Source of the DNA: an uncultured virus (IMG/VR IMGVR_UViG_2811995017_000002)
Lineage: Duplodnaviria; Heunggongvirae; Uroviricota; Caudoviricetes
Reading direction: 5' to 3' (one strand)
Virus record (IMG/VR): IMGVR_UViG_2811995017_000002
Span: 1-64,000 of that record
Length of the DNA: 64,000 nt
A program made the position numbers and the translations under genes. The notes beneath the pieces are model-generated. The model was not told the DNA's origin and searched no databases. It saw only the letters and a program-made list of their open reading frames with translations. This document shows, piece after piece, positions 10,338 through 19,301 of this stretch. The number at the start of each line of letters is the position of its first letter. Position 1 is the stretch's first letter.

Positions 10338-11351
10338 GTGCCGATTTTAACGTTAAATGGCCGTCAGGTCGACGTCGACATACGTTATGAGCTCGAACAG
10401 TTCGATTGGACGCGGCCGACCTGGACGGATGAGCGCTTGCTGGCCGCAAGCCCTTTCCGTTATGACCGAACGCCGAGCTTTTACGTTTATCTCGAAGACA
10501 CGGCGACCGCAAAGGCCGGCTATTGGGGCGATAGCGGCTATTATGACGCAGAGTATGCGCGGGGTGGCTTCGTTAAGCTGCTCGCCTTCTTGCGCGAAGA
10601 AACCGAGGAAGAAACGGTCGAATACCTGATCGATGCGTATGCGCCGGAATCAGAGGACGGTAAATTAACGCTCAGGCTTCCGAAGCTGAAGCTAGCCAAG
10701 AATCGCGAACCGTTGAGCGAATCGATTCTCGACGGCGTGGCTGCGGGGCCTAACGATTATTTAAACAAGCGCGGAATCATACCGGCTGTCCAGCGGTTAA
10801 TGGGCGTCGGAATGGCAGGCGGTGCGGTTGCGCTGCCCTGGCGGCTGCCTAACGGACGGCTCGCTAACGTAAAGTATCGGTCAACCCGGGGCAAGGCGTT
10901 CTGGTACGTCAAAGGCGGCTGGTCGATACGGGATCTCGTTTACGGAATGAATGTCGTGTATGACCGGCGGCTGACACGCGTTGTCTTATGCGAGGCAGAG
11001 ATCGATGCGCAATCGTGGATGACGGCGGGAGTGCCGGCGATCGGGACCGGTGGGTCTTCGTTCAACCAACGAAAGGCGGACATTATCGTCCAGTCCCCGA
11101 TCGAACACGTAACCATCGTGACGGATAACGATAAGGCCGGCGAGAAGTTGCGGGCGGAGGTCGAGCGTTATTTATACGGGAAAGTCGGACTGGCACACGG
11201 ATATATTACGGAAGGAAAGGATGCGAACGAACTGTTGATTGCGAAGGGGAGAGCGGAGTTGAAGGCGGTGTATGAGCGTGCGGAGGACGTTAAGAGCTGG
11301 CGTCTGAAGTTACCTAAACAGCCAAGTCTTGCGTTGACGGGCGACACTTAA
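10338..11351 (+). CDS. Phage DNA primase (TOPRIM)
   Basis: CEAEID, TDNDKAGE and KDANELL TOPRIM motifs. Confidence 0.85.
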   Translation: MPILTLNGRQVDVDIRYELEQFDWTRPTWTDERLLAASPFRYDRTPSFYVYLEDTATAKAGYWGDSGYYDAEYARGGFVKLLAFLREETEEETVEYLIDAYAPESEDGKLTLRLPKLKLAKNREPLSESILDGVAAGPNDYLNKRGIIPAVQRLMGVGMAGGAVALPWRLPNGRLANVKYRSTRGKAFWYVKGGWSIRDLVYGMNVVYDRRLTRVVLCEAEIDAQSWMTAGVPAIGTGGSSFNQRKADIIVQSPIEHVTIVTDNDKAGEKLRAEVERYLYGKVGLAHGYITEGKDANELLIAKGRAELKAVYERAEDVKSWRLKLPKQPSLALTGDT

Positions 11352-11422
11352 TCCCGTCAACGACCGACTACTGGTTATTCTTCGACGATCCATTCGTACA
11401 GGTCGTCCATACCTCCTTAAAA

Positions 11423-11436
11423 AGAATGTATGTTCG
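11423..11436. promoter_or_regulatory. Putative LexA (SOS/Cheo) box
   Basis: AGAATGTATGTTCG versus the B. subtilis consensus CGAACRNRYGTTCG. Confidence 0.5.
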
Positions 11437-11445
11437 ATTTTTAGG

Positions 11446-11913
11446 TTAAAAAGAATTGTCAATCCACTCTATTACACCAAGTGGTTCAAAACAAATGGTG
11501 TATCCACCGTAGTTAACAGTAGCACCGTATTTTTCTTTATAGCGCTTAATGGCGTCATCTAAAAATTCTTCTGTAATCTCAATGTACTGAGCAAGCTCAT
11601 ACCTATTTTTTATAGCTTCTTTGTGGGCTTGAACAATTTTGGACAAAGGGACTAGCTTTTCGTAAGCCCACGTTCTCGCAATTTTTTCTTGTCTTCGCTT
11701 TTCAATTGTATCTTGATCAACTATATCCCCACTCGATGTATAATAATGACCAAGTTCTTCGGCAAGTATACAAGTTTTTTCATAAGAGGTTTCCATGTTT
11801 TTATTAATCAAAATAACATTTTTTGAGTACAATCCCTTGAGTCTATGAGGCATTTGTTTTTCATAGGTGTCTATACCAAGGTGAGTAGCCTCCGAAAGTA
11901 ATGTTTCGTACAT
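11446..11913 (-). CDS. ImmA/IrrE-family antirepressor metallopeptidase
   Basis: KGLY...ILIN...CILAEELGHY...QEKIARTWA; ATG after AGGAG. Confidence 0.85.
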   Translation of the reverse strand: MYETLLSEATHLGIDTYEKQMPHRLKGLYSKNVILINKNMETSYEKTCILAEELGHYYTSSGDIVDQDTIEKRRQEKIARTWAYEKLVPLSKIVQAHKEAIKNRYELAQYIEITEEFLDDAIKRYKEKYGATVNYGGYTICFEPLGVIEWIDNSF

Positions 11914-11918
11914 CTCAA

Positions 11919-12248
11919 CTACTCCTGTTGTTTTCTTTTTAAGCGGACAAACTCTTTGAAACGTTCGATCTCCCTTAACTCTTCTTCTGTCCAATCTTCA
12001 CCATCGTGATGAGCGGCTATAGTATCTATGTCGTATTGGCCTTGTATTTTCGGATCATCGGTACGGCCAAGTAGGTAGTCAACAGATACATTGAAGTAGT
12101 CGGCTACTTTTTTGAGTTTGTCACTCGAAGGGTTATTCTGCTTCCATGAATAAATAGAGTTTTTTCCGAATCCTACATTTTCTTCTAGTCTTGAGAGGCT
12201 TATGCCTCGATCTTTACAAAGTTTTTTAACTCTTTCAAACGTAATCAT
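11919..12248 (-). CDS. XRE-family immunity repressor (ImmR/CI-like)
   Basis: HTH ...KVADYFNVSVDYLLGRTD; C-terminal IAAHHDGEDWTEEE typical of ImmA-paired repressors. Confidence 0.88.
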   Translation of the reverse strand: MITFERVKKLCKDRGISLSRLEENVGFGKNSIYSWKQNNPSSDKLKKVADYFNVSVDYLLGRTDDPKIQGQYDIDTIAAHHDGEDWTEEELREIERFKEFVRLKRKQQE

Positions 12249-12281
12249 ATCAACCATCCTTAATGGCTCATGAAAACAAAC

Positions 12282-12333
12282 TAAAGAAATCTTTAAAAAA
12301 CAAGTTGACATTTAAAGAAATCTTTAATAAACT
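12282..12333 (+). promoter_or_regulatory. Rightward sigma-A promoter with two palindromic operators
   Basis: TTGACA(12305)-17-TAAACT(12328); TAAAGA-AA-TCTTTA at 12282-12295 and 12313-12326. Confidence 0.75.
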
Positions 12334-12442
12334 GTGTTCATAAGCTATTTATTCAGCTTCTTAGACACTACAAATTAAAGCCTTAAGCTACGTCTCCCAA
12401 CGTTTCAGGCTGTTTTTGTAGGGTTTATTTAGATATGTCTAT

Positions 12443-12471
12443 ACTCTACAATATTCTTTAATTTATGTCAA
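12443..12471 (-). promoter_or_regulatory. Leftward sigma-A promoter for the repressor operon
   Basis: Minus-strand TTGACA-17-TAGAGT; degenerate operator TAAAGAATATTGTA in the spacer. Confidence 0.55.
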
Positions 12472-12524
12472 CAAAAAGCTAAATAATTAGCAAAAAAATA
12501 AAGATAAGAAAAAATTCCGGAAAC

Positions 12525-12561
12525 GATGTCCCAAAAGTAAATGCCAACTACGTGTTATATA
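12525..12561 (+). promoter_or_regulatory. Putative phage-specific promoter class A, copy 2
   Basis: GATGTCCCAA-N12-ACTACGTGTT, as at 1061-1092. Confidence 0.6.
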
Positions 12562-12586
12562 GTGTAGGGCAAAGGAGGAAAAACAT

Positions 12587-13114
12587 TTGAAAGAAAAACA
12601 ATTGAATAGGATTAAAATTGCTTTGGAGAGCGGTGCCGTTCCATATGTCATAAGGGAGTCAGAAAGAATCGCTCATCTAATTCCAGATTTCACTTCTTTT
12701 GAGCAAGAATGCTATTGGCGAATCGGAAAAGCTTTGTTGGCATTCAGAGACAACGGGAGAGAGAAGAAAGCTCTCATTCAAAAAATAATCAGAAGTGTAA
12801 GAGCTGACTTTTTAACCGGTAAAAAGAGAAGAATCAGATACGACACCTCATTCGAAGGTGAGGATGGAACTGTATGGGAACCTGAAGACATTTCGGCGAA
12901 CGTCGTAGGCGAGGTTTTATTAAAAGAAAAGATCGCCCTGTTGGCGCAGGACGACCCACGAAAAAAAACGATATTGGCAATTTGGAACCGAGGATGCACA
13001 AACGATTCGGAAATTTCATCGCTTTTGGCGAAGCGATTTGGAGGAAATCCCGAGTCTCACCGTAAGTTCATCCAACGGTTCAGGGCACACTGCCAATCCC
13101 AATTAACAGCGTAA
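12587..13114 (+). CDS. Putative phage sigma-like transcription factor
   Basis: 175 aa, TTG start; C-terminal HTH-like segment (NDSEISSLLAK...SHRKFIQRFR); first gene after the immunity region. Confidence 0.5.
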   Translation: MKEKQLNRIKIALESGAVPYVIRESERIAHLIPDFTSFEQECYWRIGKALLAFRDNGREKKALIQKIIRSVRADFLTGKKRRIRYDTSFEGEDGTVWEPEDISANVVGEVLLKEKIALLAQDDPRKKTILAIWNRGCTNDSEISSLLAKRFGGNPESHRKFIQRFRAHCQSQLTA

Positions 13115-13255
13115 TTTTCTATACGTAACTAGCCCGGAAGGCATTCGTTACATCCTCATCATATACAATCTGTTGTCAAAAGACAAGCGAACAGTATGCG
13201 AACACACCTTTCGGTCTAGTGCGTTTCACCTAAACAATATGGAGGCGAACGTACT

Positions 13256-13408
13256 ATGAATATCCCCAAATTTATCGATTTTAATACGTATCCAGCGCTA
13301 GATCAGCGCAAACTTACCGAAATTTTATATCAAGGCGCATGGCCGGTCGACGAAGATCCGGCGGACTACTACCGTCCACTTTCGATCCAGGTGGTGCGTG
13401 TCGGATGA
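13256..13408 (+). CDS. Small hypothetical protein (50 aa)
   Basis: GGAGG SD; ATGA coupling to next gene. Confidence 0.55.
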   Translation: MNIPKFIDFNTYPALDQRKLTEILYQGAWPVDEDPADYYRPLSIQVVRVG

Positions 13409-13929
13409 AAGTAACGCTATCCCACCACGCAAAGAAACGAATTACCAAGCGCTTTAAGATCGGCAAGCAAACGCCGGAAGCATGGGCGTCTCAGATGTTA
13501 TCTAAAGCGATTTACTGCGGCATCGGTCCGGACGACAACGGAGAAGATGCTCGGATGTATTCCCATCGTGGAGCAACGTTCATGCTCGCGGTAGATGAAG
13601 ACGTTGTTAAAACCGTAATCCCACCGAATAAAGGCTGCATCAATCGAATTCGGCGTAAAGTGACGAATTTCATTACGGAAGAAATTACGAAAATGTCGCA
13701 ACAAATTACGGAAGAGGTGGCTAGGATCGATAAGTTTCGCGATGAACTCGAAGAAGAAATCGCACATTTGGAAGACCGTTTGTCTCGCGCCCGGTCATTA
13801 TCAACTAAATTGGCGTTGCAGGCCCGAATTAATGCGGTGCGTATGCGTATGGACGAATTACCGACGGAATCGCACGAAATAAGACGCGAACTGACGCGTG
13901 CAGCGAGAGGAGTCGCCGCCTATGTCTGA
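13405..13929 (+). CDS. Hypothetical protein (SHHAKKR N-terminal domain plus coiled coil)
   Basis: ORF, AGGTGG SD. Confidence 0.55.
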   Translation: MKVTLSHHAKKRITKRFKIGKQTPEAWASQMLSKAIYCGIGPDDNGEDARMYSHRGATFMLAVDEDVVKTVIPPNKGCINRIRRKVTNFITEEITKMSQQITEEVARIDKFRDELEEEIAHLEDRLSRARSLSTKLALQARINAVRMRMDELPTESHEIRRELTRAARGVAAYV

Positions 13930-14017
13930 CGTATGGGTTTTCGAAATTGTTGGCGTCATTGCAGTGCTTGTAATTGGCGGACTTATTTACGAAGTTAATC
14001 GCGAAGAGAGCGAATGA
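13922..14017 (+). CDS. Small membrane peptide (31 aa)
   Basis: GAGGAG SD; single hydrophobic segment. Confidence 0.45.
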   Translation: MSDVWVFEIVGVIAVLVIGGLIYEVNREESE

Positions 14018-14176
14018 GGGCGGCGAATGTGCGGCCCGGTGCTCGGAGAATGTCGGGGTGTCCGTTAAGTAAAAGAGTCGCGTCGCTACGGCTTAGCGCT
14101 GGCGGCGTTTCGGACGCAGATACCGGCATTTTGCGAGGGCGAAAAGCCTCAAAATTAAAACGTAGGGGGAAATCGA

Positions 14177-14956
14177 ATGAGTCAATTTCAAAAAGGCGCG
14201 GCGGCGCTCAACGCTTTAAACTCAACGAACGAAGGCGGAAGCGGAAACGGGATGGAATTTACGAGCTTTAAGTCGGGATCTTCCTTTAAGGTTCGCGTAC
14301 TCGGTACCGAAGACCTTATTCGTTTCTACAGCTACGGTATCTACAAGAAAGTAAACTCGTTCGTTGCGGAGAAACCAAGCAAGATGAACGATAAAGGCTT
14401 TCCGGTTGCGGATTACACACCGTGGGACCTCGCTTGGAAGTATTATCAGGATTTAAAGAAGGCGGCTGCGGATAAGGGCGACTCAAAAGCGGAAGAGAAG
14501 TACAAGGAAGAAGCCGCCAAGTATCGCGTCAAAGAACGTTATGCACTCGGATTCATCGACTTAGAAACAGGTAATCCAATCATCATCGACCTTTCGAAAA
14601 AGCAAGCGCAGGCCGTTTATGCAGTTATCACGAAGTTCGAAAAGAAACTCGGAAAGGTTGCGTTTGAGCTTTCGAAAACAGGTTCCGGCACATCAACGAC
14701 GGTCAGCTTAACGCCATTCATCGATATGGAGGAAGACCTGACGGATAAGGAACGCGAGAACTTCAGCAAATACGACGGCAAAGAATTCGATATGAAGTTG
14801 TTCGACGGCCTACTGTTCGAAGCTGACGAGAAGACGCAGATCGAAAACCTAGTCGCAGCAGGATTCGATATCAGCCTTATAGGAAAAAGCCTCGGTGCCG
14901 GATCGACTAACGAAAAAGATGACGAAGAAATAAACGACGGAGATCTGCCGTTTTAG
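14177..14956 (+). CDS. Phage single-stranded DNA-binding protein (gp32-like)
   Basis: Acidic tail ending DDEEINDGDLPF; replication-module context. Confidence 0.65.
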   Translation: MSQFQKGAAALNALNSTNEGGSGNGMEFTSFKSGSSFKVRVLGTEDLIRFYSYGIYKKVNSFVAEKPSKMNDKGFPVADYTPWDLAWKYYQDLKKAAADKGDSKAEEKYKEEAAKYRVKERYALGFIDLETGNPIIIDLSKKQAQAVYAVITKFEKKLGKVAFELSKTGSGTSTTVSLTPFIDMEEDLTDKERENFSKYDGKEFDMKLFDGLLFEADEKTQIENLVAAGFDISLIGKSLGAGSTNEKDDEEINDGDLPF

Positions 14957-14978
14957 TAAAACGAAGGAGGACGCTTGA

Positions 14979-15134
14979 ATGTACCAATCTCGAATTGCTC
15001 TCGCGATAATATTTTTCGTTTTAGCAGGCGTACGAATCATCTCGGGTGATTTTGTTTTAGGAATTACTCAGGTAACATGTGGCGCGCTACTTTTAGAAAC
15101 GGCGAGACTATACAAGTTATTGGAGGCGAAGTGA
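14979..15134 (+). CDS. Small membrane protein (51 aa)
   Basis: AAGGAGG SD; hydrophobic; TGATG coupling. Confidence 0.5.
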   Translation: MYQSRIALAIIFFVLAGVRIISGDFVLGITQVTCGALLLETARLYKLLEAK

Positions 15135-15565
15135 TGGCGCATCTCAAGGAAACTATCGGCAAATATTCCGAACTGATCGCCCGCGCAGCTTTAATGGCTA
15201 GCGGGTGGCAGGCGGTATCAAAAGCGGAGACGGAAGAACCGTTCGATATCAGCGCAAGAGATCCGGGCACAGGCGAATGGAAGACGTTCCAGGTTAAGAC
15301 GATCCGGGACCGTAGAGAAGATCGCGGTTTCTTAACGGTAGAAGGCCGAAAAGGAGACGGCCGGCCATATACGCCAGAAGACGTCGACTTCTTCATCGGC
15401 GTGCTGATCGGTGAGGGCGATTTCCCTCGCGTCTGGATGTTCGACAACCGCGGCATTACGGACTATTGGGGGCCGTCAGAACGGGAAGGCAAGCGTTGGG
15501 TCGAAATGGATCTGAATTTCATGCGGGAAGATTTTGCGGAAAATAACGAAGCGGAGGCGGTTTGA
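15134..15565 (+). CDS. PD-(D/E)XK-like endonuclease
   Basis: GKYSE...PFDI...FQVKT...YTPEDVDFF. Confidence 0.65.
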   Translation: MAHLKETIGKYSELIARAALMASGWQAVSKAETEEPFDISARDPGTGEWKTFQVKTIRDRREDRGFLTVEGRKGDGRPYTPEDVDFFIGVLIGEGDFPRVWMFDNRGITDYWGPSEREGKRWVEMDLNFMREDFAENNEAEAV

Positions 15566-16629
15566 TGGCGAAATTAGAAGGCGTTAAGACTCTCGATATG
15601 GTGAACGGTGAAATTACGAAGGTTTCATATGAAGGCGCGGAGTATGAGCGTGTGGAAGGCGGCGCGCAAAAAGGTGATCTGGTGCTAATTACGGACGGCA
15701 GTTGGTGTGATGCTACAAAAGGGGAGTTTTATTTATCCGTAGGAATTATCGCTAAAGATCCGATGATTGTCGATGATATTGATGAGGTTGACAGTAACTA
15801 TGACGAAAGCTATGTGCTATTCCGCAAAGTCAGCGCATCTCAACCGTCATTAGAAGATCGCGTAAGCACAAACGAAAAGGATATCGAAGCACTAAAATCC
15901 GACTTCGCTGCGCTAAAAATCGAAGCTGTACCGAAGTACGTACGGATTGCCAAGAGCGAGGCGAAAGCGGGCGATTACGTTAAGTTTGACGAAGCTCCAT
16001 GCGGATATCTAACCGCCGGGAAGTATTACGAGATTTATCGCGTGGATGATTGCGGGGATCCGATCATCGTTGATGACGAAGGAGACGGTTTTGATACCTA
16101 CGGCGAAGTATTCGAAGTCTACCGCAAAGTCAGCGTCGCAAGCGCCGAGGCCGATCCGAAGCCTGAACGGCTAAAAGTCGGTGATTATGCGAAGGTGGTT
16201 AACGCCGCGTTTAACGATGAAGATATCGTAGAGATCAGCGAAGACAGAGGTACCATAAGTAGCAAGTTTGCCCGTAGAATTATCGACGGTAAAACGCAAT
16301 ACGTTCCGAAACGAGAGCTCGTCCGCGCAACTGACGAAGAAGTTGCCGAAGCAAAACGAAAGCAGGCCGAAGAGGAAGAGCGTAAGAGATGGGCCGCAAT
16401 CGGACGTGAGGTTGACGAGTATAAAAAAGGCGATATTGTTGCGTATGATGATCCGGTTTGGTTCGAGACTAGCGGGTTCGGAGAGGTCGTTAGAAGAAGG
16501 AGCGAACGTGCTATAGTAATCGAGGCGTTGGATAATTACGGCTATGTCAAGAGATATACTGTGCCTATCGATCGGCTAAAGCTCATTACGCCGGCCGAAG
16601 CGCGGTTCGACCGAAAGGACGACGAATAA
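15565..16629 (+). CDS. Modular phage protein with repeated SH3/KOW-like domains
   Basis: Repeated KGD/AGD/VGD...RKVS units. Confidence 0.6.
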   Translation: MAKLEGVKTLDMVNGEITKVSYEGAEYERVEGGAQKGDLVLITDGSWCDATKGEFYLSVGIIAKDPMIVDDIDEVDSNYDESYVLFRKVSASQPSLEDRVSTNEKDIEALKSDFAALKIEAVPKYVRIAKSEAKAGDYVKFDEAPCGYLTAGKYYEIYRVDDCGDPIIVDDEGDGFDTYGEVFEVYRKVSVASAEADPKPERLKVGDYAKVVNAAFNDEDIVEISEDRGTISSKFARRIIDGKTQYVPKRELVRATDEEVAEAKRKQAEEEERKRWAAIGREVDEYKKGDIVAYDDPVWFETSGFGEVVRRRSERAIVIEALDNYGYVKRYTVPIDRLKLITPAEARFDRKDDE

Positions 16630-16809
16630 GTGTCCGTAAAACCTGCCGCCATCTGCGCCGCATGTAACCGGGTATTGAACGAAGGGCGATCCGCAACATA
16701 CGATTCGCTCTTCGACCGGTACTTTTGCGACGACGCTTGCTGGTCGGATTGGTACGCGGATAATGAGGCGGAATACAGACGGAAATGGACGGAGGAGGTC
16801 GATTTATGA
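16630..16809 (+). CDS. Small Zn-finger protein (59 aa)
   Basis: GTG start; CAAC...FCDDAC. Confidence 0.55.
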   Translation: MSVKPAAICAACNRVLNEGRSATYDSLFDRYFCDDACWSDWYADNEAEYRRKWTEEVDL

Positions 16810-16970
16810 GTCGGAACACTGAACGAATCTTAACGTATATTTGCGGAGTAGGAGTAGCGTTCTCAGCGGGATTGAACATCGATAAAGAGCCGTTAAGCAC
16901 GCTTCCTATTGCGGCATTAGCGATTATTTTGTTCGGCATCGCGGTCGCGGTAGACAAAGACGAAAAGTAG
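16806..16970 (+). CDS. Small membrane protein
   Basis: GGAGG SD; two hydrophobic segments. Confidence 0.5.
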   Translation: MSRNTERILTYICGVGVAFSAGLNIDKEPLSTLPIAALAIILFGIAVAVDKDEK

Positions 16971-16997
16971 TCCGAACCCATCACGCGAGAAAGGAGG

Positions 16998-19301
16998 ATG
17001 CGAATGGAACTCGGCAATCTACGGTTGAATTTGAGCGCTTTGACCCCTAAAAATGACGAAGTTAAAAACGAAAAAGTTGCCGAAACAGCCAAGCGGAAAA
17101 AGAAGGCGAAAACGGCGGAACCGATCGAGGAGAGCTGGCGCCGCATATTCGCGAGCAAGCTATCGGAGACTGACCGCCAACGATTAAACGAAGTCAAGGC
17201 GGCAATGGAAGCGGGCAAGCTCGCTAGGAATCCGTCTGACTGCGTGAACAAGGCCGGAAATCCGAAAGCGTTCAGCAAAGCGGAAGCGATGCGGCTATGG
17301 AAGACGCTACAGGAACAGCGGCGCGAGGAAACTTTGCGGAAGATGGTCGAGAATACGCCGGAAAACTACGAATTAATAACGACTGAAGCCCGGTTCCAGT
17401 CGCTAATTGAGGCGTTAAGTAACGAAAAAATTATCGCGGTTGATACCGAAACGACCGGCGTTGATGTTTATACGGATGTTATCGTCGGGCTTTCGCTCAC
17501 GCTTCCGAGCGCTGACTGGCACGTTTATATACCGGTTGATCACGTAGATTGCGAGCAACTGAGTCGCGAATACGTGCTTGAAGGATTGGCGCCGGTATTT
17601 AACGATGAGTCGATCGGAAAAGTCCTGCACAACGCGATATTCGATATTGCGATGGTCCGCCGACATGGATTCGATCTGAAAGGCGTCGTTTGGGATACGA
17701 TGACTGCGATGCACATGCTAAATGAAAACGAAGAGGATCGCACATTGGGCGGTGCCGGATCATTTAAATTAAAAGACTTGGCGCCAAAATATCTAAAAAC
17801 ACCGGCAGATACGTTCGACGCTTTGTTTGGTCGGGACGCGCAATTCAAAGAAGTGCCATTAGACATCGCGCTAGTTTACGCAGCTAAAGATACGGAATTA
17901 ACGTGGAAGCTGTACAAATTTCAACGTCAACACATGGAAAAAATGCCTACGATTTTGGAGTATTACCAAACCGTTGAAATTCCATTGCTGTACGTAATTG
18001 TCGACTTAGAAGCTAACGGATATATCCTCGACTTGGATTTCGCAAAGGAATACGGAGAAAAACTGCATAAGCGTGCGGAAGAGTTGCGGTCGGAATTAGT
18101 TACGGAGCTGACTCCGTTCCATGAAGGCGACGGTCCGTTAAATTTAAACTCAACCCAACAGATGCGCCCTGCACTTTCGAAGGCGATCGGCAAAGAGCTT
18201 CCGAACATGGACGCAAAGAAAACATTAAAGCCGCTAAAAGGCGACCACGAAGTCATTGCAAAGTTGTTGGAGTACAAGAAAATTACGAAGCTCTCCGGTA
18301 CCTACATTGAAACTCTGCCATTGAAGCAAAATCCGACAACTAAGCGTTGGCATTCGCGCTTTAATCCGATGGGAACCGTAACGGGAAGATTCAGCTCCGG
18401 CAAGGATGATGAGGATAAAACAGATCAAGGCTTTAACGTACAGAATCAGCCTCAAGAAGCCCGACCGATGTTTAGCCCTCCTCCCGGAAAAGTGTTGCTG
18501 GGTGCCGACTTTAAAGCGCAGGAGATTCGGTGTGTGGCTTATTTATCCGGAGAGCCGGTACTGATAAACGCGTTTTTAGAGGAGCGCGATCCTTACGCTA
18601 TGATGGCATCAAACTTCTATAAGCGTCCGTACGAGGAAGTCTATAAAAACGCCGATGGCTCAGACACTAAGGAGCGTAAGCAAATGAAGGTCGTGTGGTT
18701 AGCGACACTTTATGGGATGAGTGACTATTCTCTTGCGGATATGCTAGGCGTTAATAAAAAAGAGGCGACAAAGTTCAAGGGTGAGCTATTCGGAAGTATG
18801 CCGAAGTTATCGGCTTGGCTGAAAGAAAACGAGGAATTTGTGCGGAAGAACGGCTATGTTTGGGCTGACCTAAGAGCGCGAAAACGTCGTCTGCCTGACG
18901 CGAAATTACCCCGCAAAAACATCCCGTACGGAAAATGGAATGATCCGAAATATGAGGACGCCAGGAAACATAACTCGCGGATCAATCGTGCTTTGAGGCA
19001 GGCGACAAATGCCCGCGTTCAAGGATCGTCGTCTATACAAACGAAGGTCACGATGATTAAGGCTCATGAATATTGCGCTAACAAACCGGGCTGGGCGCTG
19101 TGGTCAACGGTACATGACGAATTGATATTCGAAGTTCCGGAGGATTTTACGTGGGAGGAAGCGCAAGACATTCGCTACATCATGCTTAATTCCTATCGTT
19201 GGGGAGACGTTGTGCCTAACGGAACAGACATCGAAGTAATGCGAAGATGGGGCGAAGGAGTTCCCGTGGAAGAGTGGTTTAAAACGAAGGGAGACGATTA
19301 A
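16998..19301 (+). CDS. Family A DNA polymerase (3'-5' exonuclease plus polymerase)
   Basis: DTETTG, HNAIFD, YAAKD exo motifs; TVTGRFSS, ADFKAQEIR, RKQMKVVWLATLYG, VHDE. Confidence 0.93.
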   Translation: MRMELGNLRLNLSALTPKNDEVKNEKVAETAKRKKKAKTAEPIEESWRRIFASKLSETDRQRLNEVKAAMEAGKLARNPSDCVNKAGNPKAFSKAEAMRLWKTLQEQRREETLRKMVENTPENYELITTEARFQSLIEALSNEKIIAVDTETTGVDVYTDVIVGLSLTLPSADWHVYIPVDHVDCEQLSREYVLEGLAPVFNDESIGKVLHNAIFDIAMVRRHGFDLKGVVWDTMTAMHMLNENEEDRTLGGAGSFKLKDLAPKYLKTPADTFDALFGRDAQFKEVPLDIALVYAAKDTELTWKLYKFQRQHMEKMPTILEYYQTVEIPLLYVIVDLEANGYILDLDFAKEYGEKLHKRAEELRSELVTELTPFHEGDGPLNLNSTQQMRPALSKAIGKELPNMDAKKTLKPLKGDHEVIAKLLEYKKITKLSGTYIETLPLKQNPTTKRWHSRFNPMGTVTGRFSSGKDDEDKTDQGFNVQNQPQEARPMFSPPPGKVLLGADFKAQEIRCVAYLSGEPVLINAFLEERDPYAMMASNFYKRPYEEVYKNADGSDTKERKQMKVVWLATLYGMSDYSLADMLGVNKKEATKFKGELFGSMPKLSAWLKENEEFVRKNGYVWADLRARKRRLPDAKLPRKNIPYGKWNDPKYEDARKHNSRINRALRQATNARVQGSSSIQTKVTMIKAHEYCANKPGWALWSTVHDELIFEVPEDFTWEEAQDIRYIMLNSYRWGDVVPNGTDIEVMRRWGEGVPVEEWFKTKGDD

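Noticed and set aside
11745..11765. Inactive ImmA because HExxH reads AEELGH
   Set aside because: EELGH is a common variant in this family, so it is not evidence of decay.
18676..18720. Unusual polymerase motif B (Leu at the position equivalent to E. coli Pol I F762)
   Set aside because: Leu762 variants are well known in temperate phage PolA.
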